A DNA stretch of 64,000 bases from Felis catus (taxonomy: Eukaryota). The position numbers and the translations under genes are program-made. Of the stretch, positions 1-11,886 are shown one piece after another; position 1 is the first letter of the stretch; each line of letters begins with the position of its first letter. The stretch lies in the NCBI RefSeq assembly GCF_018350175.1, contig NC_058368.1, forward strand, positions 90,274,001-90,338,000, written 5' to 3'. The notes below the pieces were generated by a model. It had not been told where the DNA came from, ran no database searches, and saw nothing but the letters and a program-made list of their open reading frames with translations.

Positions 1-115
1 GCTCCACACTCAGCACAGAGCCTGACACAGGGCTTGAACTCACATACCGTGACATCGTGACCTGAACCAAAACCAACAGTCAGACACTTAACCAAGTGAG
101 CCACCCAGGCACCCC
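1..115 (-). mobile_element. CAN/SINEC SINE 5' part (cut by window edge)
   Basis: Reverse complement of the GGGGTGCCTGGGTGGCTCA head. Confidence 0.85.
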
Positions 116-1083
116 TATGTTATATACATTTTAACGCAATTTTCAAAAAGAAAAGTATACTCGATCCAAAAGAAGACTGAAAAAAGGAATAAAGAACAGA
201 TGGGACAAAAGAAATACCAAGATGATGGACTTAATCATAACCATATCAATAATCACATTAAACGTATGTGGTCTAAACACCTCCATTAAAAGCAGAGATT
301 AACAGATTGGATTAAAAAAAAAGTAGGACCTAACCATATGATGCCTACAAGTAAACCTACTTCAAATATAAAAATACAAATAGGTCAAAAGAATGAAAAA
401 CATATCACAAATCAAGATAAAGTAGATTAATATTTCAGAGCAAAGCTACTGCCAGGGATAAAAGTCACTTCTTAATCATAAATCAGTCGATTGGTAAGAA
501 GACATGGCCCCCAAACACTGGTGCTCCTACTGAGAAAGCTTCAGAATAACATGGCGTGAAAACTAACAGGATGCTGCAGTGAGAAGTAGACAGACCTGCA
601 GTTATAGTCCGAGATTTCAGCACCCCTCCCTCAGTAATTAAAGGAACAAGTGGATAGAAAATCAGTGCGCATATAAAAGATTTAAACATAACTAATTCAG
701 CCTGGTTGACATTTAAAGAACAATCCATCCAACAAAAGCAAAATACACATTCTTTTGACGTGTACTCTAAGCCATAAAACAAGTCTCAATAGATTTAACA
801 GGATTCGAGTCCAACAAAATATGCTCTCCGACCACTTGGAATTAAATGGAGACATCAATAACAGAAAAATCTTTGAAAAACTCAAATATTTAGAAACTAA
901 CTTACTTTTAAATAACCCATGAGATAAAGATAAAAGGGAAATTCGAGAATCATTTGAACTGAATGAAAATGAAAACGCAGAATATCAGAATTTTGAAAGT
1001 TCCACTAAAGCTGTACTTTATATTAGAAAAGACGAAAGTTCTGAAATTAATACTCTCAGCTGATGCCTTAAGAAACTGGGGGA

Positions 1084-1282
1084 GGGGCACCTGAGTGGCT
1101 GTCAGTTAAGCATCTTGGTTTCAGCTCAGATCATGATCTCACAGTTTAAGCCCCACGTTGGGCTCTGCACTGGAAGCATGGGGCTTGCTTGGGATTCTCT
1201 GTCTCCTCTCTCTCTGCCTCTCCCCAACTCATGCTGTCTCTGTCTCTCTCAAAATAAATAAACTTTAAAAAATAAAAAAAAA
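1084..1282 (+). mobile_element. CAN/SINEC SINE
   Basis: tRNA-like head, (CT)n, A tail, flanking aaactggggg duplication. Confidence 0.88.
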
Positions 1283-2370
1283 AAACTGGGGGGAAAGGAG
1301 CAAATTAAATCCAAAGTAAGCAGAAGAAAGGAAGTAACAAAAGATGAGAGCAGCAGTCAGTGAATTAGAAAACAGAAAATAATGGCTCTAAGAGAAAATC
1401 AATAAAATTGATAAGCCTCTGGCCAAATTGATCAGGAGGAAAAGAGAGAAGGCACAAATTAGCAATATCAAAAATGAGAGCAGTGACATCACTACAGACT
1501 ATAAGGATAACCAGTGAATGTTATGAATATTTCTATGGCAATAAATTTGACAACTTCTATGAAATGGACAAATTGCATGAAAGACACTAATGACCAGAGC
1601 ACATGCGAGATAAAAAGATAAATAGCCCTGTGTCTATCAGGAAAGTGCACTTGTGCACTTAAAACCTTTAAAAAAAGTGCAATTAAAACCTTAAAAAAAA
1701 AAATCTCCAGGCAGGTGGTTTCTGGTAAGTTCTGTCAAACATTTAAGGAAGAAATATATAAACTCTAGAAAATTGAAAAGACAGGAATACCTCCATATTT
1801 TAAATATAGCCAGCATCTTCCTGATACCAAAACAAGATAAACACATTACAAAACAGAAAACTACAGACCAGAATCCCTCTTGAACAAAAATGTAAAAATT
1901 CTAAAGAAATTTTAGCAAATCATACCCAATAATGGGTAAACAGGATAATTCATCATGACCAGGTGGTATTGATCCCAAGAATGCAAGGCTGTTTTAACAT
2001 TAAGAAATTAACCAATGTAATTTACCATTTTAACAAACAAACAAACAAAAGAATAAGAAAAGAAAACCGTATGTTTCAGTAGATGGAGGAAAATACATTT
2101 GCCAAAATCAAACATCCCTTCCCAATTATAAAACTTTTTGCAAACGGGGCATTAAAGGTAACTTCTTAAATTGGTGAGGGCATCCAAGGAAAACTAGCAG
2201 CTATACCATCGTACTAAATGATGAAAGATCAAATGCTTTTTAAGATTAGGAACAATAGAAAGATTTGTGCTCTGATGAATTTTATTTCCACATTGTACCA
2301 GAAGTTCTAACCAGTACAGCAAGGAATAAAGAAAAGAAATAAAAGGTACCTCTATTAGAAATGAAAAGTA

Positions 2371-2573
2371 GGGGCACCTGGCTGGCTCAGTCGGTTAAGC
2401 ATCCGACTTCGGCTCAGGTTGTGATCTCACAGTTCATGAGTTCAAGCCCCATGTTGGGCTCTGTGCTGACAGCTCAGATCCTGGAGCCTGCTTCAGATTC
2501 TGTCTCCCCCTCTCTCTTTCTGCCCTTCCCCTGCTCAATCTCTCTCTCTCAAAAATAAACATTAAAAAAATTA
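2371..2573 (+). mobile_element. Felid SINEC
   Basis: Head, CT tract, A tail; TSD-like aaatgaa(t)aagta. Confidence 0.9.
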
Positions 2574-3555
2574 AAAATGAATAAGTAAAGCCGTCTTCAT
2601 TCACAAAGCACATTAGTGTCTATGTAAAAAATTTGATAGAGTCTGTAAAAAGGTTTCTGGAACTAATAAATGGGTGTTAGCAAGGTTGAGAGATACAATA
2701 TCAATATACAAAAATCAACTTTATTTCCCTACAAGCAGTAAATGAGAATTGAATTTTTTTAAGTACAATTTTCATTAGCATTAAACACAATAGAATCAAC
2801 AGGAAATTATTAGAGATCTGACAAAAGATGTGCAAGACCTGTACAGGGAATACTATAAAATATTGCTGAGAGAAATTAAATAAGAACTAAGTAGATGGAG
2901 AGAGATACATTGTTCAAGAGAAGACTCAATACTATTAAGATGTCACATCTTTCCATATTGATCTGTGCATTCAGTGCAGTCAATCATAATGTAAATCCCA
3001 AATAACTTTTTTTATAGAAATTGACAAGCTTAACCTAAAATTCTTATGGGACTGCCCTGGGTCAAGAACAACCAAAAGGAAGTTGGAAAAGAAGTTGGAG
3101 GTGTAACACCACGTGATTTCAAATTTGTTCTTTCAAAGCACTACAAGAAATTAATGATTGTGATATTTACTTAATGATAGATAAATGATACAAAATAGTG
3201 TTCAGACACAGTCCCACACATTTATGGGCAGGTGGTTTTTGCCAGATGTACAAAGGCAATTTTGTGGAGAAAGAGCAGCCATTTCAACAATTGGTGCTGG
3301 AAGAACTGGGTAGCATATGCAAAAAAAAAACCAAAAAACCACCATGATCAGTACCTCACACCATATACAGAATTAACTCAATATGGATCAGAGGCCTACA
3401 TACAAAACCTAAAACAATAAAACTTGTAGAAAAGAAAATAAGGGAAAGTCTTATAACCTTGGCTTAGACAAAAATTGCTTAGATATGACACCAGAATATA
3501 GTCCACAAATGAAAAATTGATAAACTGACCATCAAAATTAAAAACTTATGCCACA

Positions 3556-3766
3556 GGAACACCTGTGTGGCTCAGTCAGTTAAGTGTCTGACTTCTCGGC
3601 TCAGGTTGTGATCTCACAGTTCATGAGTTCAAGCCCCATGTTGGGCTCTGTGCTGACAGCTCAGAGCCTAGAGCCTATTTTGGATTCTGTGTCTCCCTCT
3701 CTTCCTGCCCCTCTCCTGCTCGCACTCTGTCTATCTCTCAAAAATAAATAAACATTTTTTAAAAAA
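3556..3766 (+). mobile_element. Felid SINEC
   Basis: TSD aaacttatgccacag on both sides. Confidence 0.9.
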
Positions 3767-3883
3767 TGAAACTTATGCCACAGAGTGACAGAAGATATAT
3801 ACAAAAGGAATTGTGTTTAGAATATGCAGAATACTCTCTCAAGTCAATAAGAGAGCAACTCAGTAGAAAAATGGGCAAAAGAT

Positions 3884-4106
3884 GGGGCGCCTGGGTGGCG
3901 CAGTCGGTTAAGCGTCCAACTTCAGCCAGGTCACGATCTTGCGGTCCGTGAGTTCGAGCCCCGCATCGGGCTCTGTGCTGACAGCTCAGAGCCTGGAGCC
4001 TGTTTCCGATTCTGTGTCTCCCTCTCTCTCTGCCCCTCCCCCGTTCATGCTCTGTCTCTCTCTGTCCCAAAAAATAAACATTGAAAAAAAAATTTAAAAA
4101 AAAAAA
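3884..4106 (+). mobile_element. Young felid SINEC
   Basis: CpG-retaining near-consensus copy; TSD agaaaaat(g/a)ggcaaaagat. Confidence 0.93.
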
Positions 4107-4654
4107 AGAAAAATAGGCAAAAGATTCAGACACTTCACCAGAGAAGATATGCACATGGCAAAGAGGTACCTGAAAAGATGCTCTCTGCCATTAGTCTTAG
4201 GGAAATGCAAATTTAAACCACATTGAGATAACCACTACACACCTCTTAGAGTGATCACAATCAAATGAAAAAAACTGGCCATACCAAGTGTTGGTGAGGA
4301 TGTGGAGGAACCGGGATTTTCATACACAACTTACGGAAACATAAAATGGTCCACTCACATTGGAAAACACTTTGGCAGCCTCTTGAAAAGCCAAACACAC
4401 CCACCATACTAGCTGGTCTTCCCTCCTTTGTAAGTATTTACCCCAGAGAAAAGAAAGCACAGGTCTTTACAAAAATTTGTACAAGTAAATAAAGTGGTTT
4501 TCAGCTTTGTTCATTGAAGCCAAAAGCTGGGAAACAATACAAAAGTTCCATCAACAGGTAAAAAAATAAATACATGGTGGTATAATCTGTGTAATGGGAT
4601 ACTTCATGGCCTAAGAAAGCAATGAACTATTGATACATGCAACAATATGCATTA

Positions 4655-4857
4655 ATTTGTTATTTATTTTTGAGAGTGCGTGCACTTGCAAACAAGTTGG
4701 GGAGGGGCTGAGAGGGTGGTGGAGAGAGAATCCCAAGCCGGCTCTGCACTATCAACATGGAGCCCACTGTGGGGCTTGCACTCACAAACTGCGAGATCAT
4801 AACCTGAGCCAAAACCAAGAGTCGGACGCTTAAATGACTGAGCCACCCAGGTGCCTC
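4655..4857 (-). mobile_element. CAN/SINEC SINE
   Basis: Reverse-strand head and T-rich tail. Confidence 0.85.
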
Positions 4858-5114
4858 AACATCACGGCTTAGTCTTAAGATAATTATGCCTAGTAAAAGA
4901 AACTTCGTGCAGAATAGTACATGCTGTAATACTGTATTGTGTTTGTGTAAAACTCTGAAAAAAGCAAAAAGTGGATGGGTGGAATGGTGGCAGGAAGAAG
5001 GGATTAGGAAGAGGCACAAAGAAATTGGGGGATGAGGGATGCTGTCTTGATGGTAGTGATGCTTTCAAGGGCCATGTCAAAACCTCAAATTGTACACTTT
5101 AAACATGCAATTTA

Positions 5115-5306
5115 GGGCGCCTGAGTGGCTTGGTTAAGTGTCTGACATTGGCTCAGGTCATGATCTCTCAGTTCGTGGGTTTGAGCCCCGCGTCAGGTTC
5201 TGTGCTGACAGCTCAGAGCCTAGAGCTTGCTTCAGATTGTGTCTCCCTCTCTCTCTGACCCTCCCCAGCTCGCACTCTCTGTGTCTTTCAAAAATTAATA
5301 AACATT
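5115..5306 (+). mobile_element. Felid SINEC
   Basis: TSD taaacatgca(a/g)ttta. Confidence 0.9.
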
Positions 5307-6049
5307 AAACATGCAGTTTAAGTCAGTTCTGTTTCCATAATGCTAAAGATACATACATTATACAGATTAGGAAAGACTTGAGGGGAACAACAACCAAATG
5401 CAATGTTTGGACTTTGTATTCCGAGTCAGACAAGCCAACTATATAAAGACATCCTGGAAACAACTGGGGATATTGTAGTAAGGTCTGAGTATTTGATAAT
5501 GTTGATTAATTAGTGTTAATTTTGTTAGGTAAGACAGTGGCACCAAACGAAAGTCCTGTCAGACAGAGTGAAGATGTTGTGGGGGAAATGATACCATGCT
5601 TGTGATAGGCTTTGAAGTCCCCTAGCACAGTAAAGAGGAGGGGACAGATGAAGAATATAGGTAAAATATTGATCATTGAAGCTACATGTGGATACATAAT
5701 GCATATGGTTCATTGAATTCTTTTGTGTGTTTTTTTTAAATCTCCCTAAATTTTTTATGTTTCTAATTTTCTTTTTGTAATCCTCCGGATATAAAATCAG
5801 GGTCCTCTCTTCTAGCCCCCACCAACCTCCTTCACCCTCAGCATCTGCCTCTTCCCACAGTTCAGGATTTGCTTGTGTGTAGTGGCCACCTATCCCTGTG
5901 TGCCTGTCTGTACCTCCTATCCCCAGGTGATTATTGGTAGGGCCCTCTGACTCTCAAAACATTCTCATTTGCACAATAAAATATATGTTCCTCCTAGTCA
6001 TAGCAAATGATAATTTCCTTCACCTTCCTGTGTTTCACACCTCTTTATC

Positions 6050-6405
6050 TTTATTAGATCATTCCTTTGTCTAGGAGTCCCCCCTCCTACCCCTGTGCTT
6101 TTTCTTATCAAATTCCTTCCCATGAGTGTTCCAAGTCTCAGCTCAGGCATCCTGTCCTCAAGCCCTTCCCTGACCTGCCTCCCCTGCCCTGTCCCACCCA
6201 CCTGCGTTAGACTGCCCCCCCCACCCCCCTTTGTGCTGCCTCCCTACTCGGGCATGCCCTGCTGTACAACATTCAGTTAAAATGTGTTGACTGGTCTGTT
6301 CCTCAGTTCGGTTAACTTTTCAAGATTAGGAGTGCACAGTCTTTCCACCTGTAGGTCCTTGGTATCTAGCAGGGCTAGCAGCGTCTGGCAAAATGTTGGA
6401 TAAAT
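6050..6405 (+). mobile_element. Probable L2 3' remnant
   Basis: Degenerate L2-like end (ggtatctagcagggctagcagcgtctggca...aaatgttgga). Confidence 0.4.
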
Positions 6406-6941
6406 CCAGCCTTTGAGATTCCGTAACTTAACCTGTTCAGACAACCCAACCCTGGAAAGATAAACACACCTTCCTAAGATCATGGAGCATTGTAGTAGCA
6501 GAGACAGAAGAAGAGCCCGTGACCACCTCTCTTCCACTGTGCCTGACAACGTGATAAGCATTTTCGGGCGCATCGGAGGTTCCTTTTACTAAGACAGCTT
6601 ATGTATACATCTAATCGTCCTTGAAGCTGAATAGGAAAGCTGTTAGAACAGTAGTAGTGCTGTGACCTGTACAAGAAGTAGATTTCAATAATGCTGCAAT
6701 ATTGCAAAGGTTTATTAAATATAGAATACAGTAGTGAGTAGGACACCTGGTTTTTTTCATTATTCAACCAGAAGAATTCATTAATTCAATTCAGAATGCT
6801 GAATCTGTGAGGAAAATGCCAGTTTTTTACATTTTTTAACTGCTTTTTTAGAATCCATTTCCTATGATATGACATGGAGAATGTTGTAAGATAACAGGGA
6901 CTGTATATTTAATTATTTTAAAATCAAGAACGTAATCCAGA

Positions 6942-7388
6942 GGGGCGCCTGAGTGGCTCAGTTGGTTGAGTGTCCAACTTCGGCTCAGGTCAATCTCGCG
7001 GTTCATGAGTTCAAGCCCCACATCAGGTTCCATGCTGACAGTGCAGAGCCTGCTTCAGATCCTCTGTCCCTCTCTCTCTCTGCCCTTGCCCCACTTGCAC
7101 ACTCTCAAAAATATATGTATTTTTTTTTAACATTTATTCATTTTTGAGAGTACAGGCAGGAGAGGGACTGGGGTGGGGCGGGGGCTGGTGGGGCGGGGGG
7201 GGAGCAGGGAAGACACAGAATCTGAAGCAGGCTCCAGGCTCTGAGCTGTTAGCACAGAGCCTGACGCGGGGTTTGAACCCACAAACTGTGAGATCATGAT
7301 CTGAATTAAGTCGGAAGCTTAACTGACTGAGCCACCCCGGTGCCCCAGACACTCAAAATAAATAAAACCTTTAAAAAAAAAAAAACAA
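6942..7388 (+). mobile_element. SINEC (+) with an antisense SINEC nested in its tail
   Basis: Body 6942-7112; the tail resumes at about 7350-7388. Confidence 0.85.
7120..7346 (-). mobile_element. Felid SINEC, antisense, nested
   Basis: Ends gagccaccccggtgcccc; flanked by acact(ct)caaaa(a)ta duplication. Confidence 0.88.
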
Positions 7389-7447
7389 AGAACACCTTAT
7401 CCGGAGATCTTGCATTTAAAGTCTGTTTCTCTTTGTAATTTTCATAG

Positions 7448-7519
7448 CGTCGTCTTGGAGATGCCGCCAAGAAAGCCATCAGCAAATTGACAACAAGAAC
7501 AGTAAAAAAGGGTGACAAG
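7448..7519 (+). CDS. RNF130: RNF130 coding exon 4 (72 nt), RRLGDAAKKAISKLTTRTVKKGDK
   Basis: Pyrimidine tract and ttcatag acceptor, then AAG|gtatag donor. The translation matches the recalled juxtamembrane segment of RNF130/Goliath. Phase 0/0. Confidence 0.96.
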
Positions 7520-9335
7520 GTATAGTAGTGAAATAACCTTAATACTGTAAAAATAATGTAGTTTTGCTTTCGATTGGTGGGAGAGAATACATCCTAATCA
7601 TCTGTGTCTTGTTTGTTAGGTGATTCCTTTTCTCCAGGTAAACCCCTGCTTTATTTTAAACTAACCTCCCCTTGAATTCTTACACTTAGCATGCCTCCTT
7701 TGAAGGCCCTCCATGCTGTTTTCGACTTTCCTGGACTTTTCGGTGCTCCTGCCATTATCAGCTTCCTTGGTCTACTTACAATTAGTTACCCCAGCTGTGG
7801 TGTTCCACGGAGCTTTCTCCTGCCGCAACCAGGGATACTTTCGGGAAGAATGCTAATTAATGGGTCCGTCGGTACACTCAGTGGCCAAGAATAAACATTC
7901 TCCTCCCTATGCTTCCTGAAACCTGGCCGCACCTCCTTTGCTTAGCCCTTCGCCAGTTAAACAGAGAGCTGGAGGCCCACATCTCGAAGGAGTGTCATTC
8001 GCAAAGTGCTTTCTGTATGGCAGGCTAGACTGGTGGAAGGAAGACCACAGTGTGTTAGGGTTGAGCCCTCGGCTTGGGGACTGAATGAGAAAAGCAGTGA
8101 CTGAGGCTGTGGCTGAGAGCCGCTGACAACAATTCCCCAGTCAGGTCTCCAGTTACGTGGAGCCCGCTTCTGCTGTATAAGGACAAAGTAGCAACCTGGT
8201 GTTAGACCCTACATCCAATGTACTCAGTTATCTAAAATGAAAAGGTTGCATCTCTAAAGGCGTAAATCCCAAACTGTTTTCTGCCCTACCCCCTGGCACA
8301 TTTTAACAAACAGCTCTGGGAGGATAATTTCAGATGAGTTTCCATCCTCCTTAGTTTCACTACTTTCTGGACTTCACTCATTTTTATTCCCACCACCTTG
8401 ACATCACCATATCCAGTTTTTCATTGCAGAAAATAACAGCAGCATCAAAACAGCTGCCCTCCAACCCCAGAGGAGTGGTCACCCCTATGAATGCTTTCTT
8501 GGCCCAGCAGCCACATTAATCTAAAATTCCCTGGAGCTGGTGTAGCCTGTCCATCCCTACTGTGTCCTTCAGGCTAACACAAAACAATCTTTCCTTATTC
8601 AGAACAACACCTCTTCCTAGTTTGTACCTCCTAGACCTACCAAGTGTTGTCCCACAGAGTTTCAGTCCAAGTGGCCACGACACAGCAAAGTGTCTCACCC
8701 TTCCTGGCTTGGGCTCCTGGAAATGCTAACTCAGGGGAATCCATTTTCCAGCACAGATGAGGAAGGAAGCCAGTTAACCTCATGACCAGACACCTGGCTG
8801 ACTCTTCCTGACCCTTGATAAAGACCCAGTAATGAGTTGGGCCATGACCATGCTCTACCCCAAATCTGTGACCAGCTCCCGTCCTTGGGGCTTTGTCTTT
8901 TGGGGGCTCACTGTCCTTTCTGCCTGTACTTAGACATGTGGTCACACAACCCTTCTGATGAAGGTGCACATTGTGGAAGGTGTGCAGTGACCTGGACCAG
9001 AACAGTGCTGCAGCAGTGGGAGGAGGGGGGGTGAGAGGATGGTCCAAGGTAATAGTGGATTTGAATCTTGTTTTTTTTGACTTCTGAGACACTTCACAAA
9101 CAGAAGTAGTATTAACTGTTACAACATAGTTTAAAAACAAAGTAGAGTGGTTGAGATGCAATTTGGGTCAATACAGGTAAGCAAATGAAAACACATTAAA
9201 ATTGTTCATAACTTTTCATAATCACTTGCTTACCATAGTTGCCACAGGAGAGTTCTTAGCGGGATTGTATCTCCTCTATTTAGGTGTATCTTTAGTTTTA
9301 GCATGTGACTTTTGTGCCTGTGCTTTTCATTGCAG

Positions 9336-9418
9336 GAAACAGACCCAGACTTTGATCACTGCGCAGTCTGCATTGAGAGCTATAAGCAGAATGATGTTGT
9401 CCGGATTCTCCCCTGCAA
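9336..9418 (+). CDS. RNF130: RNF130 coding exon 5 (83 nt), [27 protein letters not shown](K), N-half of RING-H2
   Basis: ttttcattgcag acceptor and AA|gtatgt donor. Contains the CxxC...LPC start of the RING-H2. In frame with exon 4. Confidence 0.97.
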
Positions 9419-9654
9419 GTATGTCAGGTTTCTTGGCTTAAAAAGGACTAATCCTAACGTGGTTTGCATGTGTCCCTTTCAGAGTGGTTATCCTACTGGC
9501 TTTTGAGAGCCACCTTACCCATGGCTCTTGTGGCTGGCAGCAGGCCGTGCTGCCTCAGCACAGACTGCACGGACTTCTCTGCCTTGAGAAACACAAGGGG
9601 AAAAAACATCTGGACACATCGTAGCCTAAGAGCATTAAGGTCAAGAATTTTTAA

Positions 9655-9870
9655 AGTATATTTTTAAGTCTATTTGTTTATTTTGAGAGAGACAGAGACA
9701 GTGCAAGTCGGGGAGGAGCAGAGAGAGAGGGTGAGAGAGAGAATCCCAAGCAGGCTCCACGCTGCCAGCACAGAGCCTAACACGGGACTCAAACGCACAA
9801 AACTGAGATCATGACGTAAGCTGAAACAAAGAACCAGACCCTTAACCCACTGAGCACCCAGGTGCCCCAG
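9655..9870 (-). mobile_element. CAN/SINEC SINE
   Basis: Perfect 16-bp TSD ggtcaagaatttttaa at 9639-9654 and 9871-9886. Confidence 0.93.
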
Positions 9871-11712
9871 GGTCAAGAATTTTTAACTCTGTGACTTTTA
9901 TGGGTTTCAAAACCAGCCACTTGTTCCTCTCCCTATTAAATGTGAGCACATCACTAGGCCCTCCGACGAAGGCTCAGTGATGCTCACTTGGCGGTGGAAA
10001 CCAGAACTCTGGGGCTTGGACGGATGCTTACCCCAAGCAGTGGGGGACTGCTGGGTGCTGTGTGCCTGCTCCAGGCCAGTCACTCTGCTCTGTGCTCTCA
10101 CAATTTGCTGTCCTGGGAGAGGGTCAGTGCTTTTCTCCCCATCATACAGTGAAGGACAGTGACGCTCCTAGTGGATGCCAAGGCCACACAATCCAGAAAT
10201 GGCAGAGTCCAAGTAAAGGTCAGCCTTGAATGTTGGCACTCCACACCTGGGGCCACATACCTCCTTCCAGAAAGAGGGTCTTCACCTGTATTGTGGCACT
10301 CTCTAAAAAGAGCAGATGTTCTTTGGAAGCATGTTGATTTTTGCCACGGCGCCATCTCAAGCTCTAGGGACTGTGAAACAGTAAGATGCACAATTCTGAG
10401 TGTTGATTGGAAAAATACAAAATCGCTGAAAATCGAGGACTTTTCCTCTTCCTTCTCCCTTCTCTTAAAACACACGCTACTTGACCCTGACCTTCTAATA
10501 ACACAGGACATGGGAGCAAATAAGATAAATGTCAGTATTTGTCTCCATGAGGCTATTTTGAACCCAGAAAGATCTGTGGGTTTGTTTTTTTTTTTTTAAT
10601 CCTAAACTCAAGAATAATTCCATATGCTGAAACAGAAAACCAGAGTCTGGAAGTCAGGTCAGTCTAGTTTACATACAAAGGATAATCTACAAAACTGTCC
10701 TATAGAAAACTAAATTGTGTAATTATATAATTAGATTTCCTTCACCTGTCATCATTGGTCACATGAGGCTGAAGGAAAGACACATCCAAGTACAAACCAG
10801 GAAAAAGATTAGTAGGTACATTATAAAACATTATCATCTCTCAGCTGCTTTTTAAAAATGTTTTTACATGCACAGATTTCTTCTGACACTAGAATCACAA
10901 GGAAGAAGCCAAATTCCATCTTCATATTTCAGGCCAGGGTCCCTCCTCCAGAGGAACCATCTGGACGTAAGCACAAAAGGCCTCTAAAGCCATTCATGCT
11001 TATTACTGATGAGAGGGTGTCTTCCTCAGGGGAGCCTTGGCCAAAGATGGATTACTCCAGAAACTTGCTCCCCATGCCCCCCGCCCCCTTAAGCATTGGC
11101 TTTTCCAGCATTTTGTTCTTAGTCCTCCTTTTTCTTAACTTCATTCAGTGCTTTCCAGACCTGACTCTGTGTTGGAATCAGTGGGGAACATTTAGAAACA
11201 TCACGGAGCCCAGGTGTGTGGTTTTGAATAGGTGCCTGAGCAATGCTGAAACTGCATGCCCTCCATCAGAGTCTAGAGCTCGGCCTGCTCTTAGCCATCC
11301 CTGTGGCTGCTCCTGCCACCAGAGAACTGGTTCTCACCCTTTGTGTCCATGGTCTGCTTTTGAGTATTACAATTTTGGCAACCGTTAGCAACACTTCCTT
11401 GTACACGTAGTTAGGGCACTGCTCCCTCAGTCAGCTGTCTTCCATGCTGGGTCCTTGTCTGGACTAGACATGCCCACTGCCTGTATATCAGAGCTCCCCT
11501 TTTGCCTTGGAGCAGGTTGGTGTCTGTACCGCTTACTTCTTAAGCCTCAACAAGTTGTAGCTTTCTCTAAGCTGTGTCACACAACATGCTTGGCAGAACC
11601 ATTCACCTTACCAAAATGGTAACAACAGCATAATTCTCATGTACAGTAAAAATCAACTTTGCACATTGAGCAACGTTTTGTGGGACCAGAATTGACAACT
11701 TTTCACCTGGAG

Positions 11713-11886
11713 CCAGGTTTCCGAGCCTTGGCACTGTTGACATTTGGGGCCGGTGTGGAGGGGTGGGGGAGGCTGCCCTGTGCATTGTGGGATATTTAGC
11801 AGGATCCCAGGCTCCACCCACTAGATGCTGGTAGCACCCCACACACAGTTGTGACAACCACAGATGTCAGCAGTTGAGAACCACGG
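11713..11886 (-). mobile_element. MER20 (hAT-Charlie) DNA transposon remnant
   Basis: ggcactgttgacatttgggg...tgcattgtgggatatttagcag...cactagatgctggtagcacccc...gttgtgacaacc...gttgagaaccac matches recalled MER20 in reverse. Confidence 0.8.

Larger units (their letters stand above)
170..5720 (+). mobile_element. Old degenerate LINE-1 (ORF2 endonuclease-RT through 3'UTR) interrupted by SINEs
   Basis: A-rich strand with remnants such as ITLNVxGLNxSIK and NWCWKNW...YLTPYT. Many stops and frameshifts. 3' end resembles L1M. Confidence 0.85.

Noticed and set aside
1..7447. miR-340, recalled as intronic in RNF130
   Set aside because: The mature sequence (ttataaagcaatgagactgatt) was not found by eye, and it is expected in an upstream intron outside this window.
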